From positions 186,001-250,000 of the forward strand of contig NW_027590172.1 in assembly GCF_964213995.1 (NCBI RefSeq): a DNA stretch of 64,000 nt. The letters are read 5' to 3'. Made by a program: the position numbers and the translations under genes. The notes beneath the pieces were generated by a model. That model worked only from the letters and a program-made list of their open reading frames with translations, had not been told where the DNA came from and did no database searches. Numbering within the stretch: position 1 is the stretch's first letter; every line of letters begins with the position of its first letter. Shown piece after piece: positions 22,536 through 34,680 of the stretch. The DNA comes from Mustelus asterias (lineage: Eukaryota).

Positions 22536-23126
22536 ATGGAGAAATCGTGGAAATGTGAGGACTGTGGTAAAGGATACAATTCTTCATCCCGGCTGGAAAT
22601 CCATCGACGCGTTCACACTGGGGAGAAGCCATTCAGCTGTTCCGTGTGTGAGAGGAGATTCACTCAGTCAGCTGCCCTTCGGTTACACCAGCGGGTTCAC
22701 GCTGTGAAGAAGCCATTCAGCTGCACAACCTGTGGAGAGAAATTCCAGACTTCATCCCTTCTCACTGAACACCAGCGGATTCACACGGGTGCCAAACCAT
22801 TCATTTGCTTTGTGTGTGGGATGGGATTCACTCAGATATTCGCTATCCAGTCACACCACCGAATGCACACGAAGGAGGATCCATTCAGGTGCACCACCTG
22901 TGGAGAGAGTTTCAGGCAGTCAACCGACCTCAATAAACACCAACACACTCACACTGGGGAGAAGCCGTTCACCTGCTCCGTGTGTGGGAAGGGATTCCCT
23001 TGGTCATCCCAACTGCTGTCACATCGGCGAGTTCACACCGGGGGGAGGCCGTTCACCTGCTCATTGTGTGGGGAGGGGTTCACTCAGTCACAACGTCTGT
23101 TGAGACACCAGCAAATTCACAAGTGA
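22536..23126 (+). CDS. ZNF-C: C2H2 protein, 196 aa, 7 fingers
   Basis: accATGG MEKSWKC start, seven complete fingers and an acceptor tttccag|g at ~22198. Confidence 0.88.
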   Translation: MEKSWKCEDCGKGYNSSSRLEIHRRVHTGEKPFSCSVCERRFTQSAALRLHQRVHAVKKPFSCTTCGEKFQTSSLLTEHQRIHTGAKPFICFVCGMGFTQIFAIQSHHRMHTKEDPFRCTTCGESFRQSTDLNKHQHTHTGEKPFTCSVCGKGFPWSSQLLSHRRVHTGGRPFTCSLCGEGFTQSQRLLRHQQIHK

Positions 23127-24179
23127 CTGTTTGCTGCTGTTAAAAACATTCAGGATCGATAGTCTGACAATATCTGGTTTGATTCTGCTGATGTTAACAA
23201 TCCGATAACTAGCTAGAATCTGGAGATGTCACGATTTTTGGGCTGTTTTGTCCCTTTTTAAAATCGCCATCTGTGATCTTTCTCCTCAATTCAAGAACCC
23301 TCAGCAGTTTAGTTGCAAGAAAAGTTATGAAGTTTTCAAATTCAGTCCTAAATTGATCTTTGATACAAAATGTACAATTCAGTGTCTGAAATGTTCCACT
23401 GATTAACATCTCCAATTAAAAAGTGCTGATTAATCCTTGCTGACAATTCTTACTGACTTCTTCACAGTGCCGTGTCCATTATGAAATTAAATGATGAAAG
23501 GAAGCGAAACAAAGAAGTGAAATATTGCACAGTCACATCAGTCTTCTGTGGCAAAGAGTTCCAACAGATTCACCACTCTCTGGCTGAAGAAATTCCTCCT
23601 AATCTCTGTTTTAAAGGATCGTCCCTTTAGCCTGAGGTTGTGCCCTGTAGTACTCCGGTTTACACACTGGAATACTCCCTTGGCCCTTTAGGATAATGTC
23701 ACTGCAGTATATGGGATCTGCAGAAACATTTAATTACATTCTACCAGCCACCTGGTATGCTTAACTGTGGAAACCCTTTTCCATTAAGGTCTCAGATTAC
23801 TACAACAGATATGCATTGTTCTGACTCGACGAGCTGGGCTGTGGAATTAATTGGATAGATCTTCCAGAGAGCCAGCAGAGACATAATGGGCCAAATGGTT
23901 TCTATTTATGCTGTATCATTCTCTAAAACAGTGAATATTCAGTATCAGGGAGAGAGAGAAGAACCAGTGACTGTGCGTTTGAACCCAGCCAGAATCAGCA
24001 CCATAAAAGGAGGAGTGAGAGGGGAAACGGTATAAAAGCTTTGAAACCATTGCATGGTCCTGCAGCAGAACTTTGAGAAATGGAGCACAGCAATGTACCA
24101 ATTCTCAATATTTCATTAATTTACCTCAAATGCTTACAACGTTATTATGAATTAATTGCATGAGGTTTCAATGGCGGTT

Positions 24180-24560
24180 ATTACCCAGCATTCGCTGCGG
24201 GTGTGACAGTGCCCTATTCACTGCACAGGAGCCCGGTGCGCAAGCGCAGTGCTGTATCTGGCGCATGCGCAGTGTCACTTTGCTCGGAGCCCTGCGAGTG
24301 CTGGAGACGCTTATTTCAAGGGGTGAGAATCGGTGGGGCGGAGGGAGGAATGGAGCCGGGAGTCGGGGTGGGGAGGAAACAGAGGCTTCACAAACATCTG
24401 CTGTAGGCCGCAAGGTCTGAATAAGAGCCTTCCGGTCCCGGGTTTGCAGCTCCGTGGATTTTATCCGGGATCAGGCCCAGTGCCGCGGCCGCCATCTTTG
24501 TTTAGCGGGGAGCAGAGCGCATGCGCGGCCAGTGGGCGGAGCTTCAGGATTTGGGTGACC
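24180..24560 (+). promoter_or_regulatory. CpG promoter, likely for ZNF-D
   Basis: GCGCATGCGC (NRF1) twice, GCCGCCATCTT (YY1) and GGGCGG boxes. Confidence 0.65.
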
Positions 24561-24571
24561 AGGAGAGACAA

Positions 24572-25032
24572 TGTTTGAGTCATTGACTGACAGGCCGGGT
24601 TAATGGATGCTGCCTTTCACCTTCTCAATTTGCAGCGACGGCTCGCCGTCTTTTATACACTTTAATCATACAGACATTAGCGGTTACTTCGTCATTAGCT
24701 TTGGGTGCTTACCTGTACTTAGCCAATTGGGCTCCCCTCGCAATAATTGACCTCCAATCACATTCCTTCAAAAACAACCGTTAACAAAAGCCCACAAGTT
24801 TCGGTTCCGCTTTATCTTAAGCTAAGCTGACCATCTGGACCTCGCGGTCTGGTTTTTTTTGTCTGTTCCGTATTTTTTATACAATAACAAGCTGTAGCTC
24901 AAAGGTTAGTTCGTTATTTAGTCAGCAACAGAATGATCTTTGTTAACCACAGGATAAGTGCTGGGTGCAGCCGGTCCTGTAGTCACGTACGCATTAACTT
25001 TCAACGGTCACAGTCTTAATTTCACTCCAACA
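24572..25032 (-). mobile_element. Possible LTR-like insert
   Basis: Ends tgtttgagt...actccaaca form an imperfect inverted pair (TG..CA), with a minus-strand TATA (gtataaaag) and CCAAT. No clear TSD. Confidence 0.35.
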
Positions 25033-25244
25033 ATCACATCTCATTTATCTAAAATCCAATGAGCACAGATGCACCCTGCCGAACCTTTCCTCATAAAACA
25101 GACCTCTTCATGCCCGAAATCAGCTCATGAACCTTGTCTGAATAGCTTCCAATGTAAGTATATTCCATCTTAAGTAATCTTATGCTAGAAAACAGGAGGG
25201 GAGAATGTTATGGATTTATATTCAGGGCGGACAAATGACTGTTG

Positions 25245-25578
25245 GGGGTGACACAGTGGTTAGCACTTCTGTCTCATAGCGCCAGAGACCCGGTTCAATT
25301 CCAGCCTCGGGTGATTGTCTGTATGGAGTTTGCACATTCTCCCTCTGTCTGTGTGGGTTTCCTCTGGGTGCTCTGGTTTCCTCCCACACTCCAAAGAGTG
25401 GGTTGATCGACTATGCTAAATTGTCCCTTTGTGTCCCAAGATGAGGGGGAAGGAAAGGATTAGTGATGTACGTACATCAGGTTTCAGGTATAGGGCCTGA
25501 GTAAAGGTGATCTGTTAGAAACTTGGTGCAGACTCGATGGGCTAAAAGGCCTCCTTCTGCACTGCAGAGATTCTGTGA
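25245..25578 (+). mobile_element. HE1-like SINE, diverged
   Basis: gtgacacagtggttagc...cctccttctgcactgcagagattctgtga. Confidence 0.8.
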
Positions 25579-25994
25579 TTTTGGAATCTCCTTTTACAGA
25601 TGGTTAGAAGAAGAGGATTTTTACAGCAATCTCAAGCCCCCCAAAAATGTGTATTTCTTAATTTCAAGCCACAATTGACACATGACTCTTGTAATCTCCT
25701 TTTGCAGCGAGTTGGAACATTTGAAGATTGCAATTTTTCTCTGATTCCAGTGCTTCTGACATCTTTCCAGCCGCAGGTTTTAAATGAGAAAATAGTGAAA
25801 TTGTTTCAGAGGTGAGTATTATTGAACATTTACCTATAATTTTGAATTTTCGTCCTGTGCTCTGTTATCTGTACTCTGGTTCCACGTCTCTGGGGCTGGT
25901 GTGACTCCGTTACTGTGGATCTGAATCCATGTCCATCCATTGCTTTGTTTCAGCTCTGCCCTCCCTGATCACCTCTCTGTCATTGTCAGTTCAG

Positions 25995-26388
25995 AGAAGG
26001 ATCTGCAGGCTGATACCTGGGATGAAGGGATTGTTTTGTGAGGAAAGTTTGGGCCTGTATTGACTGGAGTTTAGAGGTGATCATAGTATTGACATCAGAT
26101 TGTGAGGTAGTGATTAGTATAGATGAAGAGAGGATGTTTCCAATGTTGGGGATTCTAGAATTAGTCGGCAGATTGTCAAAATAAAGGGTCCCCCATTTCT
26201 GATGGCGATGAGGAGAAATGTCTTCCCTCAGAGGGCCGTTAGTCTTTGCAATTCTCTTCCCCAGAGAGCAGTGGAGGCTGCATCATTAAATATACTCAAA
26301 ATACAGAGAATTCTGATTGAAAAGGGAGTCAAGGGTGACAGGAAGAAAAGTGGAGTTAAGATCACAATCAGATCAGCCATGATCTTGA
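25995..26388 (+). mobile_element. Old CR1 3' fragment
   Basis: gatgaggagaaatgtcttccctcagagggccgttagtctttgcaattctcttccccagagagcagtggaggc. Confidence 0.7.
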
Positions 26389-26389
26389 T

Positions 26390-26829
26390 GGGGAGACGAT
26401 GGCCTTGTGGTATTATTGCTGGACTATTAATTCAGAAACTCAGCTAATGTTCTGGGGACCCGGGTTTGAATCCTGCCATAGAATCATAGAAACCCTACAG
26501 TACAGAAGGAGGCCATTCAGCCCATCGAGTCTGCACCGACAACAATCCCACCCCACAGCAGCTGGTGGAATTTGAATTCAATTAAAAATATCTGGAATTA
26601 AGAAATTCCTGATGACCATGAAACCCTTTCGATTGTCGGAAAAACCTATCTGGTTCACGAATGTCCTTCAGGGAATGAAATCTGCCATCCTTAACTGGTC
26701 TGGCCTTCATGTGACTCCAAAGCCACCACAATGTGGTTGACTCTCAACTGCCCTCCAAGGGCTACTAGGGATGGGTAATAAATGCTGGCCAGCCAGCAAC
26801 ATCCATGTCCCATGAATGAATAAAAAAAA
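26390..26829 (+). mobile_element. Second tRNA-derived SINE family, with an HE1 tail nested at ~26478-26556 (-)
   Basis: B-box gggtttgaatcc and tail gggatgggtaataaatgctggcc...catgaatgaataaaaaaaa. Other copies at 27815-28203 and 33961-34350. Confidence 0.75.
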
Positions 26830-26952
26830 TTCAATTGAACAGCTTGGTGGGCTGAATTTCTAACTATTTCTTATGATCTGTCAGGAACATGAAATGGTGA
26901 GTGTCGATCAGCATTAATTAGCACCTTCAGGAGAATTGGGTAGTTTATATTA

Positions 26953-27282
26953 TAGAACTCATAGAAACCCTACAGTGCAGAAGGAGGCCATTCGGCCCAT
27001 CGAGTCTGCACCGACCACAATCCCACCCAGGCCCTACCCCCACATATTTACCCGCTAATCCACGCATCTCAGAACTCTAAGGGGCAATTTTTAACCTGGC
27101 CAATCAACCTAACCCGCACATCTTTGGACTGTGGGAGGAAACCGGAGCACCCGGAGGAAACCCACGCAGACACGAGGAGAATGTGCAAACTCCACATAGA
27201 CAGTGACCCGAGCCGGGAATCGAACCCGGGACCCTGGAGCTGTGAAGCAGCAGTGCTAACCACTGTGCTACCGTGCCGCCCC
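26953..27282 (-). mobile_element. HE1-like SINE, full length, young
   Basis: Retains CpGs and closely matches the other copies in the window. Confidence 0.92.
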
Positions 27283-27814
27283 TAAAGTTTAAAGTTTATT
27301 TATTAGTCTCAAGTAAGGCTTATATTAACACTGCAATTTCTCTTAAAGACATTGAGATCCTTTGCTCCCTCAGCTTGACACATTGATTTGTCTGGCTAAA
27401 AAGTCCCTTTCCTAATGTTCACAATTAAAGGGCTGGTTTCCTGAGGAGATGGCTGACATTTAAAAGAACAATAAATTAATATAGGACAGAGATATGCCTA
27501 GTGTTGTTATATTGTAGATTTGGTATATTATTTATGGTTCTGTAACAAAGTACATTTATTATTATTTCTCATCTTGTAATGTAACACTGAAACTATGTTA
27601 TATATTTCCACTCATCGAGTCATTACAGCGCAGAAGGAGTCCATTCAGTAACTCGAATCCATGCCGACTCTCTGTAGAACAATCCAGTCAGTCCCATTCC
27701 CTTTCTATATTCCCGTTCCCCTGCAACTTTATTTCCTTCATGTGCCCATCTAATTTCTGATATATATTAAAGGGGACAGTAAACTAATATCGGACAGAGA
27801 CACGTCTGATGTTG

Positions 27815-28203
27815 TTTTTAATTCATCCTTGGGACACGGGCATTGCCGGCTGGGCCAGCATTTATTGCCCATCCCTAATTGCCCTTGAACTGAATGGCTC
27901 GCTGGGCCATTTCGGAGGATGGTTGAGAGTCAACCACATTGCTGTGGCTCTGGAGTCACATGTAGGCCAGACTGGGTAAGGACGGCAGATTTCCTTCCCT
28001 AAAGCACATTAATGAACCAAATGGGTTTTTCTGGTCAATCAACAATGATTTCATGGTCATCAGTCGATTCTTAGTTCTAGATTTTGTTTTTAAATTCAAA
28101 TTCCACCATCTGCCGTGGCAGGATTCAAACCTGGGTCCCCAGAACATCAGCTAAATTTCTGGATTAATAGTCTAGCGATAATACCACGAGGCTCTCCGCT
28201 TCC
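27815..28203 (-). mobile_element. Second SINE family copy
   Basis: Reverse complement of the 26390-26829 family. Confidence 0.75.
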
Positions 28204-29501
28204 CTGTTATATGGTACAGATTAGATATATTATTTATAGCTCTGTAATAAAATACACTTATTATATCTGGCTGTGTAATTTTGGACGACAGCTATATTAT
28301 ATATTTCCAACAATCTCTTCCCTCAGAGAATTGTTAGTATCAAGATTTCTCTTCCATAGGGACCAGTGGAGGGATTGAATGTATTCAAGGATGAGTTAGA
28401 CAGTTTTTGAATGACAAGGGAGTCAATAATTATTGGGAACAGGCTGGAAAATGGAGAGAAAGCTCAGATGAGGAAGGATTTCTTCACTCAAGGATGTGGT
28501 GATGTTTTGGATTCTCTACCCCAGAGGACTATAGAGCCTCAGTCATCAAGAATTTTCAAGAGAGGGATTGATAGGTTTCTAGATATTGAAGATATCGATG
28601 GATATGGGGGACAGTGTGGGGAAAATAATGCAGAGGTAGATCAACCAATAATCTGAATGAATGGTTGAGCAGACTCGATGGGCCGAATGCTGACTGCAGC
28701 TCCTATTTGTTCTGATTTCTGTGCTGGACAGGAAGCAGTGAGCATGGATCTGTCAATCAGCCTCAATCAGCACCTTCAGGAGAATTGGGAGGGTGAATAT
28801 TAGATACAGCAGAGTGAGAATGGAGGGAGAGTGTGTGGGATGGAGGCTCACGTCTTTTGGGGAATGGGAGAGGAAAGAACGTTCATTAGAATCACAGAAT
28901 TGCTGCATCTTATCAACCGTCCCTGAGCTTTCACAATGAATCCCACTTCTGAGGACACCCTTATCTCTGACTTGTCCGTACTGCTGGCAGTCTCACAAAG
29001 CAGCTGCCTGTGTGCTGATACGGGAGGCCCTGCTGGGCAAGTTTAATGCTCCATGACTGTGTCTTTAATGAATGCTCCATAAACTAGAAATGTAGATTTG
29101 AATTTCGATCATATTCTGAATTGCGATTTCTTTTTTTCTAAATTGACTTACAGGATATTAGACAAGGAGAAATCAGACAGAAATCTCCAACATCACATCG
29201 AGATCTGACAGAGTGACTTGATTTCTTGGGACCTGAATATCATCGGCTTTTGAAGCTAGCAGGAGAAATGTTTGTTTGGCCTCTTGGCTTCAAAAGATTG
29301 TAAACATCGCTGTGACTAGGAATGCACTGAGATACACACACCCGAGTGAGAGTGTTCCAGTGCACTGAGTGTGGAAAGAGCTTTAACCAGTTACACAGCC
29401 TGAAAATACATCGCAGCATTCACAGGGGAGAGACTGTACCCGTGTTCTGTGTGAGATTTAACTGATTGTTTAACCTGGAGAGTCACAAGGACACCCGAAC
29501 C

Positions 29502-31127
29502 ATGGAGAAACCGTGGAAATGTGGGAAATGTGGGAAGGGATTCAGGTTCCCATCTCTACTGGAAATTCATCAACGCAGTCACACTGGGGAGAGGCCGTTC
29601 ACCTGCTCTGTGTGTGGGAAGGGATTCACTGACTTACCTAATCTGCAGAGACACCAACGAGTTCACACTGGGGAGAGGCCATTCACCTGCTGTGTGTGTG
29701 GGAAGGGATTCAGTCAGTTATCCAGCCTGCAGAAACACAATCTCACTCACACCAATTGGAGACCATTTAAATGCTCTGACTGTGGGAGCGGTTTCAAAAG
29801 CTCTGGGGAACTGCTGTCCCACCAGCGCGCTCACATTGAGGAGAGACCGTTCAGCTGCTCTCACTGCACAAAGAGATTTAGAACTTCATCCAACCTGAAG
29901 ATACACCAGCGAGTTCACACTGGGGAGAGACCATTCACCTGCTCTGTGTGCGGGAAGGGATTCACTCAGTCATCCCATTTACAAACACACCAGGGAGTTC
30001 ACACTGGGGAGAGGCCGTTCACCTGCTCTGTGTGTGGGAAGGGATTCGCTCAGTTATCCAGCCTGCAGAAACACAATCTCTCTCACACCAATGAGAGACC
30101 ATTTAAATGCTCTGACTGTGGGAGTGGTTTCAAAAGTTCTCGGGAACTGATGATTCACCAGCGCATTCACACTGAGGAGAGACCGTTCAGCTGCTCTCAC
30201 TGCACAAAGAAGTTTAGAACTTCATCCGACCTGCGGAGACACCAACGAGTTCACACCGGGGAGAGACCATTCACCTGCTCGGTGTGTGGGAAGGGATTCA
30301 CTCATTCATCAAACCTGTGCAGACACAATCTCACTCACACCAATGAGAGACCGTTTAAATGCTCTGACTGTGGGAGCGGATTCAAAAGCTCTCAGGATCT
30401 GGTGTCCCACCAGCGCATTCACACTGAGGAGAGACCGTTCAGCTGCTCTCACTGCTCAATGAGATTTAGAACTTCATCCAATCTGCAGATTCACCAGCGA
30501 GTTCACACCGGGGAGAGGCCATTCACCTGCTCTGTGTGTGAGAAGGGATTCACTCAGTCATGCAGCTTGCAGAAACACAAAGCCACTCACACCAGTGAGC
30601 GACCATTTAAATGCTCTGACTGTGGGAATGGCTTCAAAAGCTCTCAGGATCTGATGTCCCACCAGCGCATTCACACTGAGGAGAGACCGTTCAGCTGCTC
30701 TCTCTGCACAAAGAGATTTAGAACATCATACAACCTGCTGAAACACCATCGAGTTCACACCGGGGAGAGACCATTCACCTGCTCGGTGTGTGGGAAGGGA
30801 TTCACTACTTCATCCCACCTGCGCAGACACAAAGTCACTCACACTAATGAGAGACCGTTTAAATGCTCTGACTGTGGGAGCGGATTCAAAAGCTCTCAGG
30901 ACCTGGTGTCCCACCAGCGCATTCACACTGAGGAGAGACCGTTCAGCTGCTCTCACTGCACAAAGAGGTTTAAAAGGTCATCCAGCCTGTGGGAACATCA
31001 GCGAGTTCACACTGGGGAGAGACCATTCCCCTGCTCTGTGTGTGGGAAGGGATTCACTCAGTCATCCAGCCTGCAGAAACACAAAGCCACTCACCCCAAG
31101 GAGAGCCCCTTTAAATGCTCTGCCTGA
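29502..31127 (+). CDS. ZNF-D: C2H2 protein, 541 aa, 19 fingers with 3-finger periodicity
   Basis: accATGG MEKPWKC start with repeating CSVC / CSDC / CSHC finger types. Acceptor ttacag|g at ~29154. Confidence 0.92.
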   Translation: MEKPWKCGKCGKGFRFPSLLEIHQRSHTGERPFTCSVCGKGFTDLPNLQRHQRVHTGERPFTCCVCGKGFSQLSSLQKHNLTHTNWRPFKCSDCGSGFKSSGELLSHQRAHIEERPFSCSHCTKRFRTSSNLKIHQRVHTGERPFTCSVCGKGFTQSSHLQTHQGVHTGERPFTCSVCGKGFAQLSSLQKHNLSHTNERPFKCSDCGSGFKSSRELMIHQRIHTEERPFSCSHCTKKFRTSSDLRRHQRVHTGERPFTCSVCGKGFTHSSNLCRHNLTHTNERPFKCSDCGSGFKSSQDLVSHQRIHTEERPFSCSHCSMRFRTSSNLQIHQRVHTGERPFTCSVCEKGFTQSCSLQKHKATHTSERPFKCSDCGNGFKSSQDLMSHQRIHTEERPFSCSLCTKRFRTSYNLLKHHRVHTGERPFTCSVCGKGFTTSSHLRRHKVTHTNERPFKCSDCGSGFKSSQDLVSHQRIHTEERPFSCSHCTKRFKRSSSLWEHQRVHTGERPFPCSVCGKGFTQSSSLQKHKATHPKESPFKCSA

Positions 31128-31508
31128 GAGGCCGGCTTCAAAAGCTCTCAGGAACTGATGATCCCCGAGCACATTCACACCAGGGAGAGGCCGTTCAGCT
31201 GCTCTCACTGTTCAGGGAGGTTTAGAATATCATCAACACTGCTGAAACACCAGTGAGTTCACACCGGGGAGAAACCATTCACCTGCTCGGTGTGTGCGAA
31301 AGGATTTACTCGGTTATCCAGCCTGCCCAAACACAACATCATCACACCCAGGAGAGACCCTTTAAATGTGGGCGTGGCTTCAAAAGCTCTCGGGAACTAA
31401 TGTCCCACCAGTGAGTTCACACCAGGCAGAGGCTGGTCACCTGCTCTGACTGGGAAGGGATTCACTCAGTCAGCAAACTTGGTGAAACACCAGTGAGTTC
31501 ACAAGTGA
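31128..31508 (+). pseudogene. Decayed C-terminal fingers of ZNF-D (about 5)
   Basis: Finger sequence continues past the TGA stop, with further CAG-TGA-GTT stops and small indels. Confidence 0.8.
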
Positions 31509-31589
31509 TGACAGTTCTGGGATTATTCTTGTGAATCTTTCTTGCCCCTTCTCCAGTGCCTCTATTTCCTTTTTCTAAATGGAGATCAC

Positions 31590-33330
31590 AAATAGAACGT
31601 AGAACAGTACAGCACAGGAACAGACGCTTCAGCCCACCATGTTGTGTCGAACATGATGCCAAATTAAACTATTCCTTTCTGCCTGCCCTTGGTCCATACT
31701 CCTCTATTCCTTGCATATTCATGTGCTTATTTAAAACCCCCTTAAACGCCCCTATCGTATCTGCCTCCACCACCACTCCTAGCAGCGCATTCCAGACACC
31801 TACCACTCTCTGTGTAAAAAAACTTACCTCTCACATCTCCTTTGAACTTTCCCCGTCTCACCTTAAGTGCATGCTCCCTGGTATTAGACATATCAATTCT
31901 GAGGGAAAAGATTCTATGTCTCTCATTTTATAGACTGCTATCAGGTCTCCCCTCACCCTCCACCGCTATCGAGAAAACAACCCTCGTTTGTCAGTCGCTC
32001 ACACCCTCCAATCCAGGCAGCATCCTGGGAAACCTCTTCTGCACCCTCATCAAAGCCTCTGCATCCTTTCTGTAATGTGGCGACCAGAATTGAACGCAAC
32101 ATTCTAAGTGCGGCCCAAACAACTTTTATAAAGCTGCAACATGGCATGCTGACTCTTGTACTCAATAAAGGCAAGCATGCCATATGAACAAAGAACAAAG
32201 AACAATACAGCACAGGAACAGGCCCTTCGGCCCTCCAAGCCCGCGCCGCTCCCCGGTCCAGGATTGAATCCTGAATCCAGGATCCCCGCCCAATTTTCCA
32301 GCCTATCTACATACCAATATCCTATCCACCGAGCTGTCCCTCACAGCTACGATGCTTTGTTCATTACAACCTATTAACTTACCCCCACCCCCCCCATTCC
32401 AGACCATGTGATCTCCAGGGAGAGGCAAAAACCCAGAGTGAAAAACCCCAGGGCCAATATGGGGAAAAAAAATCTGGGAAATTCCTCTCCGACCCCCTGA
32501 GGCGATCGAAACGAGTCCAGGAGATCACAATGGCCCCGATCGGAAAATGCTTCCCAACCCTAGTCATTTCCACTTCCACGAACACCATATGAATTCCCTG
32601 CCCCCGAGACAGGTTCCCAACTATCCGCAGTCTCACTCTGTACTGGCACCAGCAAGATGATCATAGAATGAAGCCTTGAAACGAGAAACCAGGAACAATT
32701 AGCCCGCGCCGCTCCCTGGTCCAAACTAGACCATAAAGAAATGCCTTCTTTACCGACTAAATATTTGTGTGGCTAATTTCAGGAAGCTATGGACTTGAAC
32801 CCCAAGATCCCCCTGTACATTAACTGTATACTTATCCTTAATATTTGATCTCCCAAAGTGCAGCACCTCACACTTGCCCGGATTAAAATCCATCTGCCAT
32901 TTCTCCGCTCATATCTGCAGCTGATCTACATCCCACTGTAACCTTTCACAACCTTCTACATTATCTACAACTCCATCTAGTTTTGTGACATCTGCCAGCT
33001 TACTAACCCACCCATCCACATTTTCATCAAAGTCATTTATATAGATCACAAATAGCGCAGGTCCCAGTACGGATCCCTGCAGAACACCACTAGTCATGGA
33101 CTTCCAGCCAGAAAAACACCCTCCACCACTACTCTCTGACTTCTATGGGCAAGTCAATTCTGAATCCAAGCGGCCAAGTCACCGTGAATCCCATGCATCT
33201 TAATCTTCTGGATGAGCCGACCATGAGGGACCTTGTCGAAAGCCTGACTAAAATCCATGTACACAACATCCACTGCTCTACCCTCATCGATCACCTTTGT
33301 CACCTCCTCGATAAAATCAATCAAGTCAGT
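31590..33330 (-). mobile_element. CR1 LINE RT fragment, interrupted at 32186-32735
   Basis: TSGVLQGSVLGPALFVIYINDFDENVDGWVSKLADVTK, with the 3' tail near 31590. Confidence 0.85.
32186..32735 (-). mobile_element. Composite non-autonomous retroposon with a CR1-type tail and a structured core
   Basis: (ctttgtt)n tail and a ~23-bp direct repeat agcccgcgccgctccc.ggtcca at ~32238 and ~32701. A long inverted repeat gtgatctcc/ggagatcac is present. Confidence 0.55.
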
Positions 33331-33960
33331 AAGATGTTGATGGTGCTCCCACTGCAGTCCTGTGATGAAAATATAGACTGGTTGGTGAAATGTAGATAAC
33401 AGGTAGAATTGATATCTAATGAGGACTTTATACTTTAGAATTGAATAAAGGGCTCATTGTTACTAACGGGGAAAGAAGGGTTAAAACCCTTACCCAGAAC
33501 CCTTTTCACACACACGTGGACATCTCTGAATCTGACACACACCAAATGGAACGTTACACAAGGGGCTGGAATTCACTGGAATTTCTTAACAACCTTTCAA
33601 TAGAAATGTCCTGGTACCGACTGTGACAAAGGACACAACAGACAGCAAGAACCAGGAGGAACCTTTAACCCAGAGAATGTTAATCACCTTGTTCAGGACA
33701 CCGGTGCCAGGCACAGGAGGATCCCAGGAAAAACGGAACATTTAATTTCTGTGTTTCACAATTCTAAATGTCTGATTCTTTAACAAAGGAATGTTTAAAA
33801 ACAGCATTGTGATATTCCAAGGTCAATTGTGTCTGGGAAAGGGGCACACTGATGTGTTTTTATTTTAAACAGGAGGATCCATTGAAAAGCAGCTCTGGAC
33901 GATACGAGCACCTCCTGACCTTTCAATTCATTTCAAATCACCCATCGCTTTCCGTGGAAT

Positions 33961-34350
33961 ATTCTTTATTCTTTCCTGGGATGTGGACACTGCTCGCAAA
34001 GCCCCAGCACACGTTGCTCAGCTCCTAATTGTCCCTGAATGGAGTGACTTGCTCGGACATTTCAGAGGGACAGTTAAGATTCACCCACATCGCTGTGTGG
34101 GTCTGGATTCACATGTAGGCCAGACCGGGTAAGGATGGCAGATTTCCTTCCCTAATAGGGGGTATTAATAGGGTGAACCGGATGGGTTTTTACAACAATC
34201 CCTGACAGTTTTATGGTCACTGTTACTGAGACTAACTTTATATAATTCCAGATTGATTCACTGAATTCAAATCCCACCGGCTGCCTGTCCCCAGATCCTT
34301 TGCTGGGTCTCTGCATTACTCGGCCAGAGACATTCCCACCACCTCCCCCT
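33961..34350 (-). mobile_element. Second SINE family copy, diverged
   Basis: cacatgtaggccagaccgggtaaggatggcagatttccttcccta is shared with 27956-28002. Confidence 0.65.
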
Positions 34351-34452
34351 GAATGGAATATTCCACAGACCCTTAGTTAAACGGAAAGGAGAAAAGAGAA
34401 AGGCTTTGACCTTTCACAGAAAGCAGGCAGTCTGCAGTTAGCCTGGAAGCTG

Positions 34453-34680
34453 TCAGCTGTGGATCCAGGAGCTGTGAACCAGCTGTGGGACCAGGAGCTG
34501 TGAACCAGCTGTAGGACCAGGAGCTGTGAACCAGCTGTAGGACCAGGAGCTGTGGGACCGGGAGCTGTGAACCAGCTGTGGGATCGGGAGCTGTGAACCA
34601 GCTGTGGGACCAGGAGCTGTGAACCAGCTGTGGGAGCAGGAGCTGTGGGACCGGGAGCTGTGAACCAGCTGTGGGACTGG
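34453..34680. repeat. ~26-bp minisatellite (gagctgtgaaccagctgtgggaccag) inside a dispersed repeat
   Basis: Tandem units with CAGCTG. The host repeat 34425-35080 has an inverted copy at ~47150-47650. Confidence 0.85.

Noticed and set aside
31125-31127. TGA at a zinc-ligand Cys position, suggesting selenocysteine or readthrough
   Set aside because: Downstream fingers carry more stops, H->P changes and indels, and no SECIS was seen. Simple decay explains it.
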